The notes under the pieces: model-generated | Seen by the model: only the letters and a program-made list of their open reading frames with translations | Told to the model about the DNA's origin: nothing | The model's database searches: none | In this document: in pieces, positions 24,737 through 36,400 of the stretch | Numbering within the stretch: position 1 is the first letter of the stretch | How the letters are laid out: each line of letters starts with the position of its first letter | Program-made: the position numbers and the translations under genes | From: Rhizaria sp. SCN 62-66 | Lineage: Eukaryota | Assembly: GCA_001724265.1 (NCBI GenBank) | Contig: MEDY01000430.1 | Coordinates: forward strand, 1-43,433 | Length of the DNA: 43,433 nucleotides | Direction: 5' to 3'

Positions 24737-25483
24737 ACTGCCCACACTAAAATGCGATTGAAACACAAGGATAGCGTGACAAGAAGACTGAGTGTCAGGT
24801 GTGGCACGCGATAATTGCCTCAAATCAGTTCGAAAGGGGCGCGTGTTGCCGTTTGGCTTTGTGATCAGAATATCTCTTTCAAAAATCCGTCAATGTAAAT
24901 GTGAAATTTAAAAACAAGACAAACCAGAGATATAGTCTAACATAATTCAATTATATCGTCGTTACAGAGAGTAGACATGCTGATTTCAGCAAGATTGGCA
25001 GCGGACTGGGAGCCGTTGAGACTGCGACTGGTCGAGCATACGAGGACACATGGGAGAGAGATTTGAGACTGTATTACAGGCGTCTATGAAAGCTTAATAC
25101 CCACAGAACGAGAGATAGATACAAGATTTGCCCCTCTTTCACATCCGGGCACCGCGCAATTCAGCGCGCGAGCCCCCGGGCAGGCGCTGTCGGAGTTATG
25201 AGACGAGCGGAGGGAAGAGGGACGAGGGGCAGCAGACTAATGTAGCCAGGGCGACCGGTCTCGGTCGTCGCGCCACGCGAGCAGGCAGCGCGCTCAACAG
25301 TGCTGAGTAGGGAGCTGGCGTGCGGCGGACGACGCGGCCGATCTAGAGAGCCCTCCAACCCAGGGCGCGGCGCGGGCGCGTCGCAAGCAAGGGCGGGACA
25401 GGGTCTCATCAGGAATAGAGAATGATTGAGGGGACAAGGAGTGGAGGAGGACGGAGTCAGCATGCGCGCGTTGCACGTCGCGC

Positions 25484-25922
25484 TTACTCGCTGGCCTGGG
25501 CAAAGGGGTTGGGGATCTCCTTGAGCCCCTCGGTGGGCGTGATGGTCACCACGGCCGTGCTGCGGCAGACGACGAAGCCCAGCGCGCGAGTCTTGTCGCT
25601 CGTCACCAGCGGGTCGCTGGGGTCGCGAAGGCGCTCCACGGCGTTGTCGAGAACGATGTTGATGCGCTTGTCCCAGCCCTTGAGGATGCCGGTGACTTCG
25701 CGGCCGCCGATGAACTTGACCATGACCTCCTGGTCGATGTAGCGGTTGAAGTCCACCGCGGGGGGCGCGCGGGCCTTCTGCTCGTGGGGCAAGAGCGGAC
25801 AAAGCAGATGGAATATAGCGCCACAAAGAAAAGTTAGCGGGAATAACTGGGCAGAGATAGAAAGAAACTCACGTAGTGATTGTTATGAAACATACCTTAG
25901 TGGAGTCAGCGTCCTCAGACAT
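25484..25922 (-). CDS. LSM7: U6 snRNA-associated Sm-like protein LSm7 (exons 25922-25896, 25777-25484)
   Basis: DFNRYIDQEVMVKFIGGREVTGILKGWD..INIVLD...LRDP...TRALGFVVCRST...EIPNPF is the Lsm7 signature. Intron 25895-25778 (GTATGT...GCAG). Confidence 0.92.
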
Positions 25923-26585
25923 GCGAACGAGCTGGGGAAACGAGAAGTGGTGGAAGGGTCGTTGTTGAGTGAGAATCGTGAGTATTCGAAGTACGATTTC
26001 AAAGAGAATCTCGACTCCGGGTGCACAAATATAGAAAAAGTCAGATATCTAAGCTCAACGGCATATACCATATTTCAACAGCAGACAGTTGCAGCGGATT
26101 CTGATATCACTGCTCAGCTTTGAAAATGGCTGATCTGAGTGCGATGCTGGACGGGGCCCGTTGGCCGCTCGTGGTGGCTGACCAAGGCTCGCCAATGCAC
26201 CGTGCAAAAATACATTTCGTACTCAGGCAGTCTGAGAACAAAGACGATAAGTATAAAAACAATATGTATGTGATAAAATATAGATGTATTCAAGTGGCAG
26301 TAAACCTTTCCCTCTTAAAAAAAGAAAGCAATAACCAGGATTGCTTCAATAATTCCGCAATGCGCCGTCCCATCGCTCGTCTCACAAGCACGCACCATTA
26401 CATGCCGTCATAGGCAGGCGTGACGCTGCTGCAGTCAGCGGGCTAACCGTGCGGCACAGTTGAACCTACCGACTGCTACAAAGCGCATGCGCATGGCGTA
26501 TGAGGGAACGAACGAGGGCTGTGGACACACAGAAAATGATTATGAAAAAATATGATTTAACATGAATGCTAATGTAACCTTACGA

Positions 26586-26879
26586 CGCGTGGCGGCACTG
26601 CGCTCTAGTTTCCTCGCTCCACAGCAACAATAACAACGTACAAATAGCAACGACGAGCCGCGATGACAATATCACGAGGATTTGTTTGTTCGAATCTGCC
26701 GTGCCGGTAGCGTAGCCTTGACAGCCAGGACAAACATCGTCGTGATATGCGGACAGAAAGGACGTAGCTTGATCCTTAAAGATATCGAAGTGTGACCATA
26801 TCGCGTTTTCGTTGCAGAGTTGTACACGTTGTTATTGTTGCTGTAGAAGGAGTAAACAAGATGCGTTGCCGCCGCCGCG
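26586..26879. other. Intergenic imperfect inverted repeat / long hairpin with nested inner stem
   Basis: Perfect 19-bp core 26621-26639 with 26826-26844, imperfect extension to arms of ~75 nt, inner stem 26669-26690 with 26729-26748. Confidence 0.8.
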
Positions 26880-27279
26880 CTCCCATAATAGTTAAGACAC
26901 TTCGCTGCTTGCTACTGGTCTCGATGTAAATAGAATGAAACAAATGTAGTAGTGGTAATATTCGTAGTAAAAAAGATCGTGAAAAAAATGATATGACACC
27001 GTGAAAAGCCATATCATAAAAAAAGGCAGTCAAGAGCCGGAGCTATTTCATGTTCTTGTCCGTGCTCTTCCACTCGCGCGCTGGCTGCTGTACAAGCGCA
27101 AAGTGCGCCAACAAATCTCTGTCTGACTACCGTGGTCGATGCTTATAAATGCTGTTATGAAGTTCATTGAGACAGCAAATCATACAACAACGCAATATCA
27201 AACAGAATTAAGAAAGAACAACCACAATCGTGAATGTTCAACACGCGCACCAAGCCGACCCCAAGTCACATTTGTACAT

Positions 27280-30200
27280 TTAATTGTGGTTACCGTTGTT
27301 GCCGCTGTTGACATTCTGCCCATTGTGGCCGTGGTGCCTGTTGTCAACGAGCTGGAGACTGCCGTAGCCGCCGTAGCCGTGCCCGACGGTGGCCGCGGCG
27401 AGCCCGGCCTCGTGGCGCAGCGCCTCCAGGTCGTAAGCGCTCCAGTCGGTGACGGTGCCGCTGGGCGTTACGTTGACGGACTGGTTGCCGAGCATGGCGA
27501 GCAGCGCCTCGTGCTCGCGCGTCTCCTCGGCCTCGCGCTCCGCAACCACGCGCGCCTGCTTCACCCAGTCCAGCGTGGCGAGGTAGTAAGACAGCGCGCT
27601 GCACACGAACATGATCGCCACGACCATCGCAATCCACTGCCCGAACAGCCCCCAGCCGCGCGCCGTAACCTCGCACAGCTCCGCAGTGTGCAGGAACACG
27701 ACCGTGGCGCCTGCGTGCTGGGCCTCGGCCGCCGCCGCGTGGGAGACCACGGCCGACGCGGCCAGCCCGGCCTCGAGACCCACGGTCGCGTTGCCCGTGA
27801 AGACGTAGCCGGCCACCTCCGTCACCGGCGCGGCGAGGGTCGTGCTATGGGCGAGGGTGGCGTTGGCGGCCGCGTGCACCGCCGTCGTAGCGGTTTCGGG
27901 CGTCGTCGCCGAAGTGATGATGTCCTGTTGAGACGGTAAACAACAACAAAAGAAGAACATTATACACGTGAGCTAGGAATCAAGAAAATACCTGAAAATT
28001 GATTGATAAAATACAATAAAACAAACAATGGAAACCACACAATTATCATACATCCAAGAATGATGCACACAATACAACCCTCTTGCAAAAGTGGCGCGAG
28101 AGATGTGACGGACCTTGACGTCGCTGAGGGGGATGCTGCGGAGGTGCGAGCCGGTCTTCATGGCGAGCACGTACGCCAGGGGCAGCCCGACGCCCCAGTA
28201 GGCAAACGAGTAGACGTAGAAGCCGACGTCCTGAAGTCCGCAGCCGCGCAGCACGCCCGCGAGCATGCCTTGGAGCCCGTCAAAGAAGCAGTAGACGCAG
28301 ACGAGGGGCAGCGCCGTGGCCATGGCATGGAGCACGGCGGGCGAGTCGGTGAAGATGCGCCCCACGCCTTCGGAGAAGGCCCACACGCCCAGGCAGATGA
28401 TTAGTTCGAGCGCAATCGTGAGCCCGAACGAGACCTTGGCCGTGAAGCGCGCGTCCGCCGGCTTGTCCGAGCCCAGGAGCGCGCCGACGCGTGCCGAGGT
28501 GACGATGGCGAGCGCCATGGGCGCCATGAAGAGCAGGATCATGATGTTGAAGATGATGCTCTGCGCGCCCAGCACGGCCGAGCCTTGGAGGCCGGAGATC
28601 GCGGACTGCAGCTCCAGCCCCCACCACTCGGCGCACAGCATCGCCGTCGAGGGCAGCGCGTACGAGAGGAATTCCCCCCAGTCGCGCAGCGCGGCGCGCG
28701 ACCAGCGGCTCCAGGTTTTCTTGTAGAAGCCCGAGACGTAGAGGTAGCCCAGCGCGGCGGCGAGCATGCCCCAGGCCGTGCACACCGTGGTGTATGCGAT
28801 ACCGATGTAGCCCATCTGCAACCAGACGACAAAGATGACGTTGCAGACGAGCGTAATAGCCACGCCCGTGCACGTAATATACATGACCGGGATGGTGTTG
28901 TTCTGCGCCTGCAGGTACCGCTTGATCGCGTCAAGATATGACATGGCCGGGATCGCCGCTGCCGTGGCCTTGAGGAAGCGTCCCGCGTGCGCGCACGTCT
29001 TCTTGGGAAAGCCCAGCATGCGCAGGATCGGCTTGCCGTTGAGGCGCAGCGCGATCATGGGCCCCATGAGCAGCGTCACGATGAGCAGCGCGCGCTGGAA
29101 GATGTGGCCCACGCGGCGGTAGTTTTTGGCGCCGAAGGCCTGCGCGATTAGAGTGTCCATGGCGCCCATCATACCCATCACCAGCGACAGCGTCGTCACG
29201 TTGATGAACAGGATGCCCAGCGCGCCCGCGGCCAGCTCTTCCTCGGTCAGGTGGCCCAGGAAGATGAGGTCCACGATGTCCACCAGGTGGTCCGCGAAGA
29301 AGCCCAGGATGAGGGGGAGCGCGACGGTGAGCTGCTCGCGGACCTCGGTGACCACGGATGGCGCGAAGAGCTCGGCCAAGTACGACAGCGCGGCGTCGCG
29401 CGAATTGGAGAGCTTGTCCATGAGCGAGGGGCGGCGCACATAGCGCATCACGCCGTCCGGCCGCGCCAGCAGCGCCGCCGCCTCCTGAGTTCTAGGCCCC
29501 CCATGAGTACCCAGCTCGGGGTCACCGGTTCCAGCCGCGGCGGCAGCGGCGAGGACGGCGTCGGCGTCGGTGGCGGCAAGCGCGGCCGACATCGCGGCGT
29601 GCACCAGCGCCATCTCCGCCGCGTCTTTGCCGCCGCTGTCCTTGCCAGCTGCGCTGTTGCTGTTGCTGTTGCTGTCCGAGTGCAGCCGCAGCGTCTGGCC
29701 CTTGCCGCCGCCGCCCGCGCCGGCGGCCGCCGCGTTGGCCGTGGCCGTAGCGACGGCGTCGAGCGCCTCGGGTCGCGCGATGAGGTGGTCGGCCAGCACC
29801 TGGAGTTGCTGCTCGCGGCGCTCCGCCGCGGCCACGGCGGCGGCGTTCGCGGCCGCCAGCGCAGGCCGCGCCAGCGGCAGCAGGCGCGAGATGGGTGCCG
29901 CCGCGGCGCGCGGGTACAGCGCAGGCTCGTGCGGCACCGCCGGCGCGGCAGTCACAGTCGTGGTCGCCGTCGTGTTGATGTTGGCGGTGATGTTGTTAAT
30001 GTTCGTGTTTGAAGAGGCGGCCGAGACGGGGGGCGCGCGGTAGACGGCGGTGATGCCGTAGGCGTAGTCGTCGGCGGGGATCAGGCCGGCACGCGCGGCG
30101 CGGGCCTCGGAGAGCACGCGGCCGACGGGGAGTGTCCCGCTGCCGTCGTCCTCGTCCTCGTCCTCATCGTCGTCATCGTCATCATCGTCGTCGTCATCGA

Positions 30201-30507
30201 GGGAGGACGAGCTCACCGACGGCTGCGACGCCTCCGCGGGCAGCTATGCGGGCGCTGCGTTCGAGTTGGAGAGAGAAGGCTGGGTCCCCTATGTGCTCAG
30301 TGCCGCTACAGGCGCCGCGGGGGCGGCCGGGGCGACAGGGGCGGAGGGGGCGGCAGCGAGGGCGGGGGAGGAGGTCAGACCCTCTACGGCCGGCGAAGAG
30401 GGCGCGACGGGGGCCGTGGGGGCGGACAAGCCAGGCGGCTCGGAGTCCTTGGGGGACTCCATGCAGACAACGTCTTGGGGGCGCACGGTGCGCTTTTTGC
30501 GGGGCAT
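27280..30507 (-). CDS. MATE family multidrug/toxin efflux transporter (exons 30507-28114, 27924-27280; two in-frame TAGs in the N-terminal extension)
   Basis: MATE motifs FLGHLTEEELAAGALG, MDTLIAQAFGAKNY, RYLQAQN, EWWGLE, ARVGALLG, GVLRGCGLQ, YWGVGLP and GLFGQW...LDW. Phase-0 intron 28113-27925 (GTCCGT...AACAG). ATG 30507 is in frame through TAGs at 30291-30289 and 30246-30244. Confidence 0.88.
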
Positions 30508-30933
30508 AGCTGGAGAGGAGCAGGAGGAAATTCAAAGCGAGCACGAAGGGGTTGTGACGAAGGCATGAGGAGCGCACGGAGAGGGTCAAAAAGGGCTAGT
30601 GTATCATTTGTGGCGAAATCATTAAATAGAATTCAACACTTGTCATATCAGTGAGTGCGTTTTTACTTCCGAACACCGTATTGATGGCCACCCTGAGGTA
30701 GGAGTCGGACTCCAATTTGAAGCGCGGGTCGATTGACGGGCGAAGCAAAAAAAGCAAAGCCGCGTGCTCACGCCACTTGACTGTACTCAACATTCAGCAG
30801 GTGCGATCGCAGCAGAACAAATACAAATTGCGTTAAAATGCGATTTTTTAAATAAAGTAGTAAGTGGGCTATACATAAAAAGCGGGTTTTCCGAGTTAAG
30901 CGCCGGTTACACATACGAAAACTGTGAATTAGT

Positions 30934-33371
30934 TCAAAACTCGGACTCGAAATCAAAAGCATTCTCGCCCCCTTCGGCCGCGTCCCCCTCGCCATCCTCC
31001 TCCTCGGCGTCGTCCTCGGACTCGTACAGCACGTCGGTGTGGTCGAACGCGTCGGGGACGGCGCTGGCGAAGGCGTTGTGGGCCGTGATGTGCTCGACTA
31101 ACAGCTCGGCGACGCTCGCCATGACGTGGCTCTGCAGCCGCGCCGACGCCGCCAGCACCGCCTCACCGCCCGCTGCCGCGCCAGCGCCCGCCGCCGTGCT
31201 AGTGGCAGTGCCCGCACCGCCCACAGTCGCATCGGGGCCATCGGCTGCTGCAGCCTGGCGGGGGAAGAGCTGTGCGACGTGCGCGGTGACCTCGAGGTGC
31301 AGCGAGGCCGGGATGGCTTCGTCGGAGGGCGGCAGCAGCCGGAGATCGGGACCCGACCGCCGCTCCTGCTGCGCCGTCACCGAGCGGACGGTCTCCTCAA
31401 CCGCGACGGCGCCGCCGCTGACGGGGTCCGCCTGCTGGGTGACTGTGCGCACGGGGACCGAGGACGGAACCGCGGGGTCACGGGTTACCTCGTTACCGCC
31501 GTCGGTCTAGTCACTGCCATCGGTGTTATCAGCGACGATGTTGTTGCTGTTGCTGTTGTTGCTAGCGTCGTGGTTGGGGCGGGAGACAGGGGAGCTGGAC
31601 GCGGTGGCGGGCTCAGTGGAAGGCTCAGGAGAGTGCTCAGCGGCATCAGACTGCCCGGCCACAGCTGCAGGCGAAGGCTCGGTCTCAGTTGCGAGGCCGC
31701 CAGTGACAGCCCGGTAGACGTTGTCGAGATCGTTTTCACATGTATCGCAGATGTTGTCTTCGGCAGTCGAGTTGCCAGCAGCAGCCTTAGCGTCGACATT
31801 AGCAGTATCAGCAGCGTTGTTGTTGTCATCGTTGTTGTTCTTGTTGTTATTGCTAAGGTTGCCGTTTGTGCTGTTGGTGCCGATTTCGTTGTCGGCGCAG
31901 GGTGTGTTGCCGCCGCTGAACGTGTAGACGTCGTCACCCACGCTCGCGTCAATGACGGCGGCGTTGTTGCTGCCAGCGCCGTCGTCCGCGCTGTCACTCG
32001 CAGAGCGAGCGACATCAGCGTCGGCACAGTCGGAGTCAGCGTCCGACTCGGACTCGGGCTGCGACACAAAGCCGTTGGCAGCCTCGTTCTCAGCCTCATT
32101 TTCAGTATCTTGCTCGACAGCAGTACGCTGCGCCTGAGTCTCAGCCCCAGCCTCCGCCTCTGCCTCTGCCTCGGCCCGCATCTCGGCCCTGAGCGCGCTG
32201 CGCTGCGCCTCGGCGGCCTCCTCGCCAGCCAGGACCAGTCCCTCGGCTGCGACCTCGGCGTCCGACGCCCACCAGAAGCGGAACGAATCCTCAGCCTCGG
32301 CCTCCGCAGCCGCAGCGGCGTCCGCAGCGGCGTCCGCAGCGGCCTCATCTGCGTCAGCGTCGGCGTCACCGCCGTCGGCGGCGGTGGCGGCGGCGGTGGC
32401 GGCGGCAGTGGACTGGGGGTCAAGGTAGAGGGACTGCGGGTCAGCGTCGCGGGAGCTGATGATAGTCGCAACCACGACAGGTACAGCCGCGGCCGCAGCA
32501 GCAGCCGCAGACTCCTCGCTCGGGGCCGCAACGCTCGTCGGACTCGAGCTCGAGCTTGATGTCGAGTTGCCGTTGACGCTCGAGCCCGCGCCATGAGCGC
32601 GGGCGGCCATGGCGTTGGCAGCCGCAATCGCGAGCGCCGTGGCAGAGGCCAGGGCTGCGTCAGTAAGCTCAGCGGCCGTCTCCTCTCCAGCCCCAGCCCC
32701 AGCCCCAGCCCCAGCCCCGGCCTCGGCCGCGGTCGCCGCAGCTGTCACACCAGCATTTATCGCAGCAGCCGAGCCCCCAGTGTTGCCCTGCAAGAGCGCG
32801 TCGCGACGCCGCTGCAGCCGCAGCAGCGCCTCCCGGACCCTGGCGGCGCTCGCGGCCCACTGGCCGTCCGCCCCGTTCGCCGCCGCTGCGGCCACCAGCG
32901 CCGCCGCCGCCGCCGCCGCCGTCGCACCAGCGCCCTGCTGTTGCGGTTGAGCCTGCGTGACTGCCGCTGCGAGTGCGGCCGCCGCCGCGGCGGTGGCGTC
33001 CCGCGCGGCCTCCGCGGCGGCGACCTCCGCGGGCGGCCCCGCGTGGCCGCGGGCGACGTTGCGGTCGTCCCACTGCGCCTCGCGCGAAAGCTGCACCTGC
33101 ACGCGTGTGCGGCGCGCGACCTCGACGCCCACGCGGCGGCAGCGCGGGCCGCAGCAGAGCCAGCCGGAGACGGAGAGTGAGAGGCGGAACAGCGGCCGCG
33201 AGCGCAGCAGCCGCGGCAGCGACAGCACGACGACCGTCGACACGATGTCCGCGCGCAGCTGCACGTGCTGCTGGTACGCGCCGGCGGGAGCGTCGCTGGA
33301 GCGGGTGCGGGAGTCGCCGTCGCCGTAGTCGTAGCCGTAGCCAGGAATGCTGGCGTTGCCGCTGCTGCCGC

Positions 33372-33404
<33 letters not shown>

Positions 33405-36400
33405 CGCTCTGGGCGTTGCGCCGCGCCTGCCACACGCGCGCCTCCTCGCGGGCCCGCGCCAGCGCCGCGGCCAGCAGCTCATGCGACTCCGGCCGAGAAC
33501 CAGCGCCCGACTGCAACTGCGACCGGTGAGACTGTAGGGGCGAGCGCGACTGCGCCTGCGGATGCGGCGTCTGCGTGCGCTGCACTGCGCCCGTGCCGTC
33601 CCCCACCAAGTCCTCATTCGCACTCGCAGATGCACTGGCGCTCGGCGCGCTGATGATGGTGCCCCGGGCGGGCACAGAGTCAGCGTCGGCATTGGCAGGG
33701 TAGGTACAGTTGGCATCCACAGCTACAGCGACGCCGCGCACGCGACGAGGGCGGGCGAGGGCTGCGCTGGTGGTCGGGGACAGGAGCAGCTCCTCGCCAC
33801 CGTGGCCGTAGCTGTGGCTCGCGTCGCTGCGATCGCTCTGCGCAGCGGGTGTGGCTCCGCCGGTCAGCAGCGACAGCGTCGACGACAGCGACGACGAGGT
33901 TCGAGAGTGACCGTGAGCAGAACCTGCCTGGCCGTGAGCAGAGTGACCGTGGGCCGAGTGACTGGGAGCGGGGTACAGCGTGGCAAGCGCAGGACCCCAG
34001 GGGAGGCGGCGCCAGTGAGCCGTGTCGGCCAGGGCCACGGCGTCGGCGTCGTCACTTGCAGGGACCGGAGGACGCGCGCCCCCACTGCCGCGACCCCGTG
34101 CGCCGGCACTCGTCGCCCTCAGAGTCAGAGTCGCAGTTGCACTGGTACTTGTTGGAGTATTCTCAGTCGCAGTCTCAGTCTCAGTCGTAGTGCTGCTTTT
34201 AGTGTCGTTGACAGCGCTTAATGCAGCAGCAGCAGCAGAGACATCTGCAGCAGAGCCGCTCGTCAGCGCAGCATCAGCCTCTGATGCTCCTGTTGCCACA
34301 GTTGCAGTTGCTGCGTCAGCCTCTGGCGTAGCTGCCGCGGCCACAACCTCTGCAGTGACAGGCTTGGTCTCTGTGCGCGTCGCCATCGCCCCAGCCGCAG
34401 GGCTCGCGTCAGCGTTGCCACCCGTCACACTGCTCCTCGTAGTTGCCCTCTCAGCCAGCGCGGGCTTTCTCTGAGCAGCGGGCCGATCCTGCTCCTTCTT
34501 CCGCGCAGCCCGCTCTCGCTGGTGCGCGGCCCAGGCCAGCGCCTCCGCGGCCCGGGTCTCTGCGGCATCGGCGTCAGCGCGCGCCGCAAACATGGTCCAC
34601 CGCTGCACGTCGTAGTCAACGTCGTCACCGGCAGTAGCCTCCCTCGTGTTAGCCCTCGCACTGCTACTTGAGTCAGCAGCAGCAGCAGGGGCGCTCGCGC
34701 TCGCGCTCGCGTCTGCGCTCAGACTCGAGCTCAACTGGGGGCTCGCGCCTCCCCTCTCGCCCTCGCTGCTGCCGTCCTCTCTGCTGCCGTCGGCGCCGCG
34801 ACCGGCGCCGTGACCGCTGCCGCGCGAGAAGTCGAGCGCGCGGCACAGCAGCATCGTGCGCCGCCGCTCGCGCCACTCTTGCGCGCGTGCCTCCTCGCGC
34901 CGCGCCACGTCCCCCTCGCCCCCCGCACTTGCACTCGCACGCGCACTCACACTGGCGCCGGCTCTGCTGGAGCTGGCGCCGCCCTGCGGGAGGAGCGGGC
35001 CGCGGCAGAGCGGGCACGTCGAGGCGTGGCGCGCCAGCTCCAGCAGGCACGCGGCGTGCAGCAGGTGGCCGCAATGCAGGCGACGCACGCCCGCGTCGAG
35101 CGCAGTGAGGCAGATGGCGCATTCGTCCGCCACCGGCGGCGGCGGCAGCGGCGGCGGGCCCGGCAGCGGGGGCGCGAACCCAGCCGAGCGCGCGCCATCT
35201 CTGTCGTTGCCATCGATATCATCATCGCTGTCACTGCCAATAACATCAGCATCCGCACTGTCGTCACCATCGCCATCGCCATCGTCGTCATTGAGGCCGA
35301 GCTGTTTCTTGCGATCGCGCCTCTCCTGCCGCCTCTTGACCACCCGTTGCTGCCTACGCCACGCCAGCCTCGCCGCGAGCCGCTCCCTGGCAAGGTGCAT
35401 CCGGACGGCGGCCAGGGCGTCCGCCTCGACCGCGGCCCGCTCGGCCTCGGAGACGAAGGAAGGCGCGAGCAGCTGGTCCGCAGGCAGCTCGGGCACCGCG
35501 GCGAGCGCCTCGGCGTGGCGCAGCGAGCTCAGCAGCACGCGCGCGCGCGGCGCCGTGAGCGCGGCGGCGGCGCGCAGGAAGAGCCACGGCGCGACGAGTA
35601 AGTCGACGCGGAACGGGTACGCGTACGCTAGTGACGGCAACAGCAGAACGGCCGGGTCCGTCAGCGGCGGCAGCACGAGGGCGCACTCGCGGCACAGGCG
35701 CGAGAGCGAGTCACCCAGCGCCGCGCCTTGAGACGGGTCCAGCAGCGCGCGGAGCAGCCCCGCGAGCGCCGCGGGCACCATAGGGGCGACGCGGGGGACC
35801 GCGGCGTGCGCCAGCTCGACCGCGAGGTCTGGCCACAGCTGCTCATCGTCGTCGGCGGCGGCACTCCGATCGGCGCCTCCCCGGTCGCCGCCGTTGCCGT
35901 TGCCGCTGCCGTTGCGGTCGTTGTCGGCGCTGGCGCTGGCCTGCGCGAGCGCGTCGCGGAGCGCCGCGTCGGCCGCGCCGGCAGCCGCGCGGTCAGCGGC
36001 GCGTGCAGGCACGAGGATGAAGGCGGCGGACAGGTGGGCCAGCGCCGAGAGCGCGGCAGCGGTGACTTGCACGCTGAGCTCCAGCCCCACGATGAGCGCC
36101 GGGAGCAGCCCTGTGGGCGCGAGCAGCGTGGCGGCAGCGGCGGCGAGCGCAAGGTTGACGCCGAACGAGACGAGGCTGACGGAGGTGCCTCGGTGCAGCA
36201 GCTGCCGCAGCCAGAGCCGGCCTCGAGCCTCGAGCGGCAGCAGAGCGCGCTGCGCCGGAGAGAGCCAGCGCTGCTCGCCCGGCCGCGCCAGCGAGTCGCC
36301 GGGGTAGATCAGGTGGCCGTGCGCGGCCGCACTCGCACTCACACCTGCAGTGGCGCTCGCACCCGCAGGAGCAGCGGCGGCAAGAGAGGGGCGCGGAGGG

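Noticed and set aside
26688-26697. GTTCGAATC resembling a tRNA T-loop or Pol III B-box (looked for a suppressor tRNA-CUA)
   Set aside because: No T-stem, acceptor stem or cloverleaf around it. I found no tRNA gene in the window.
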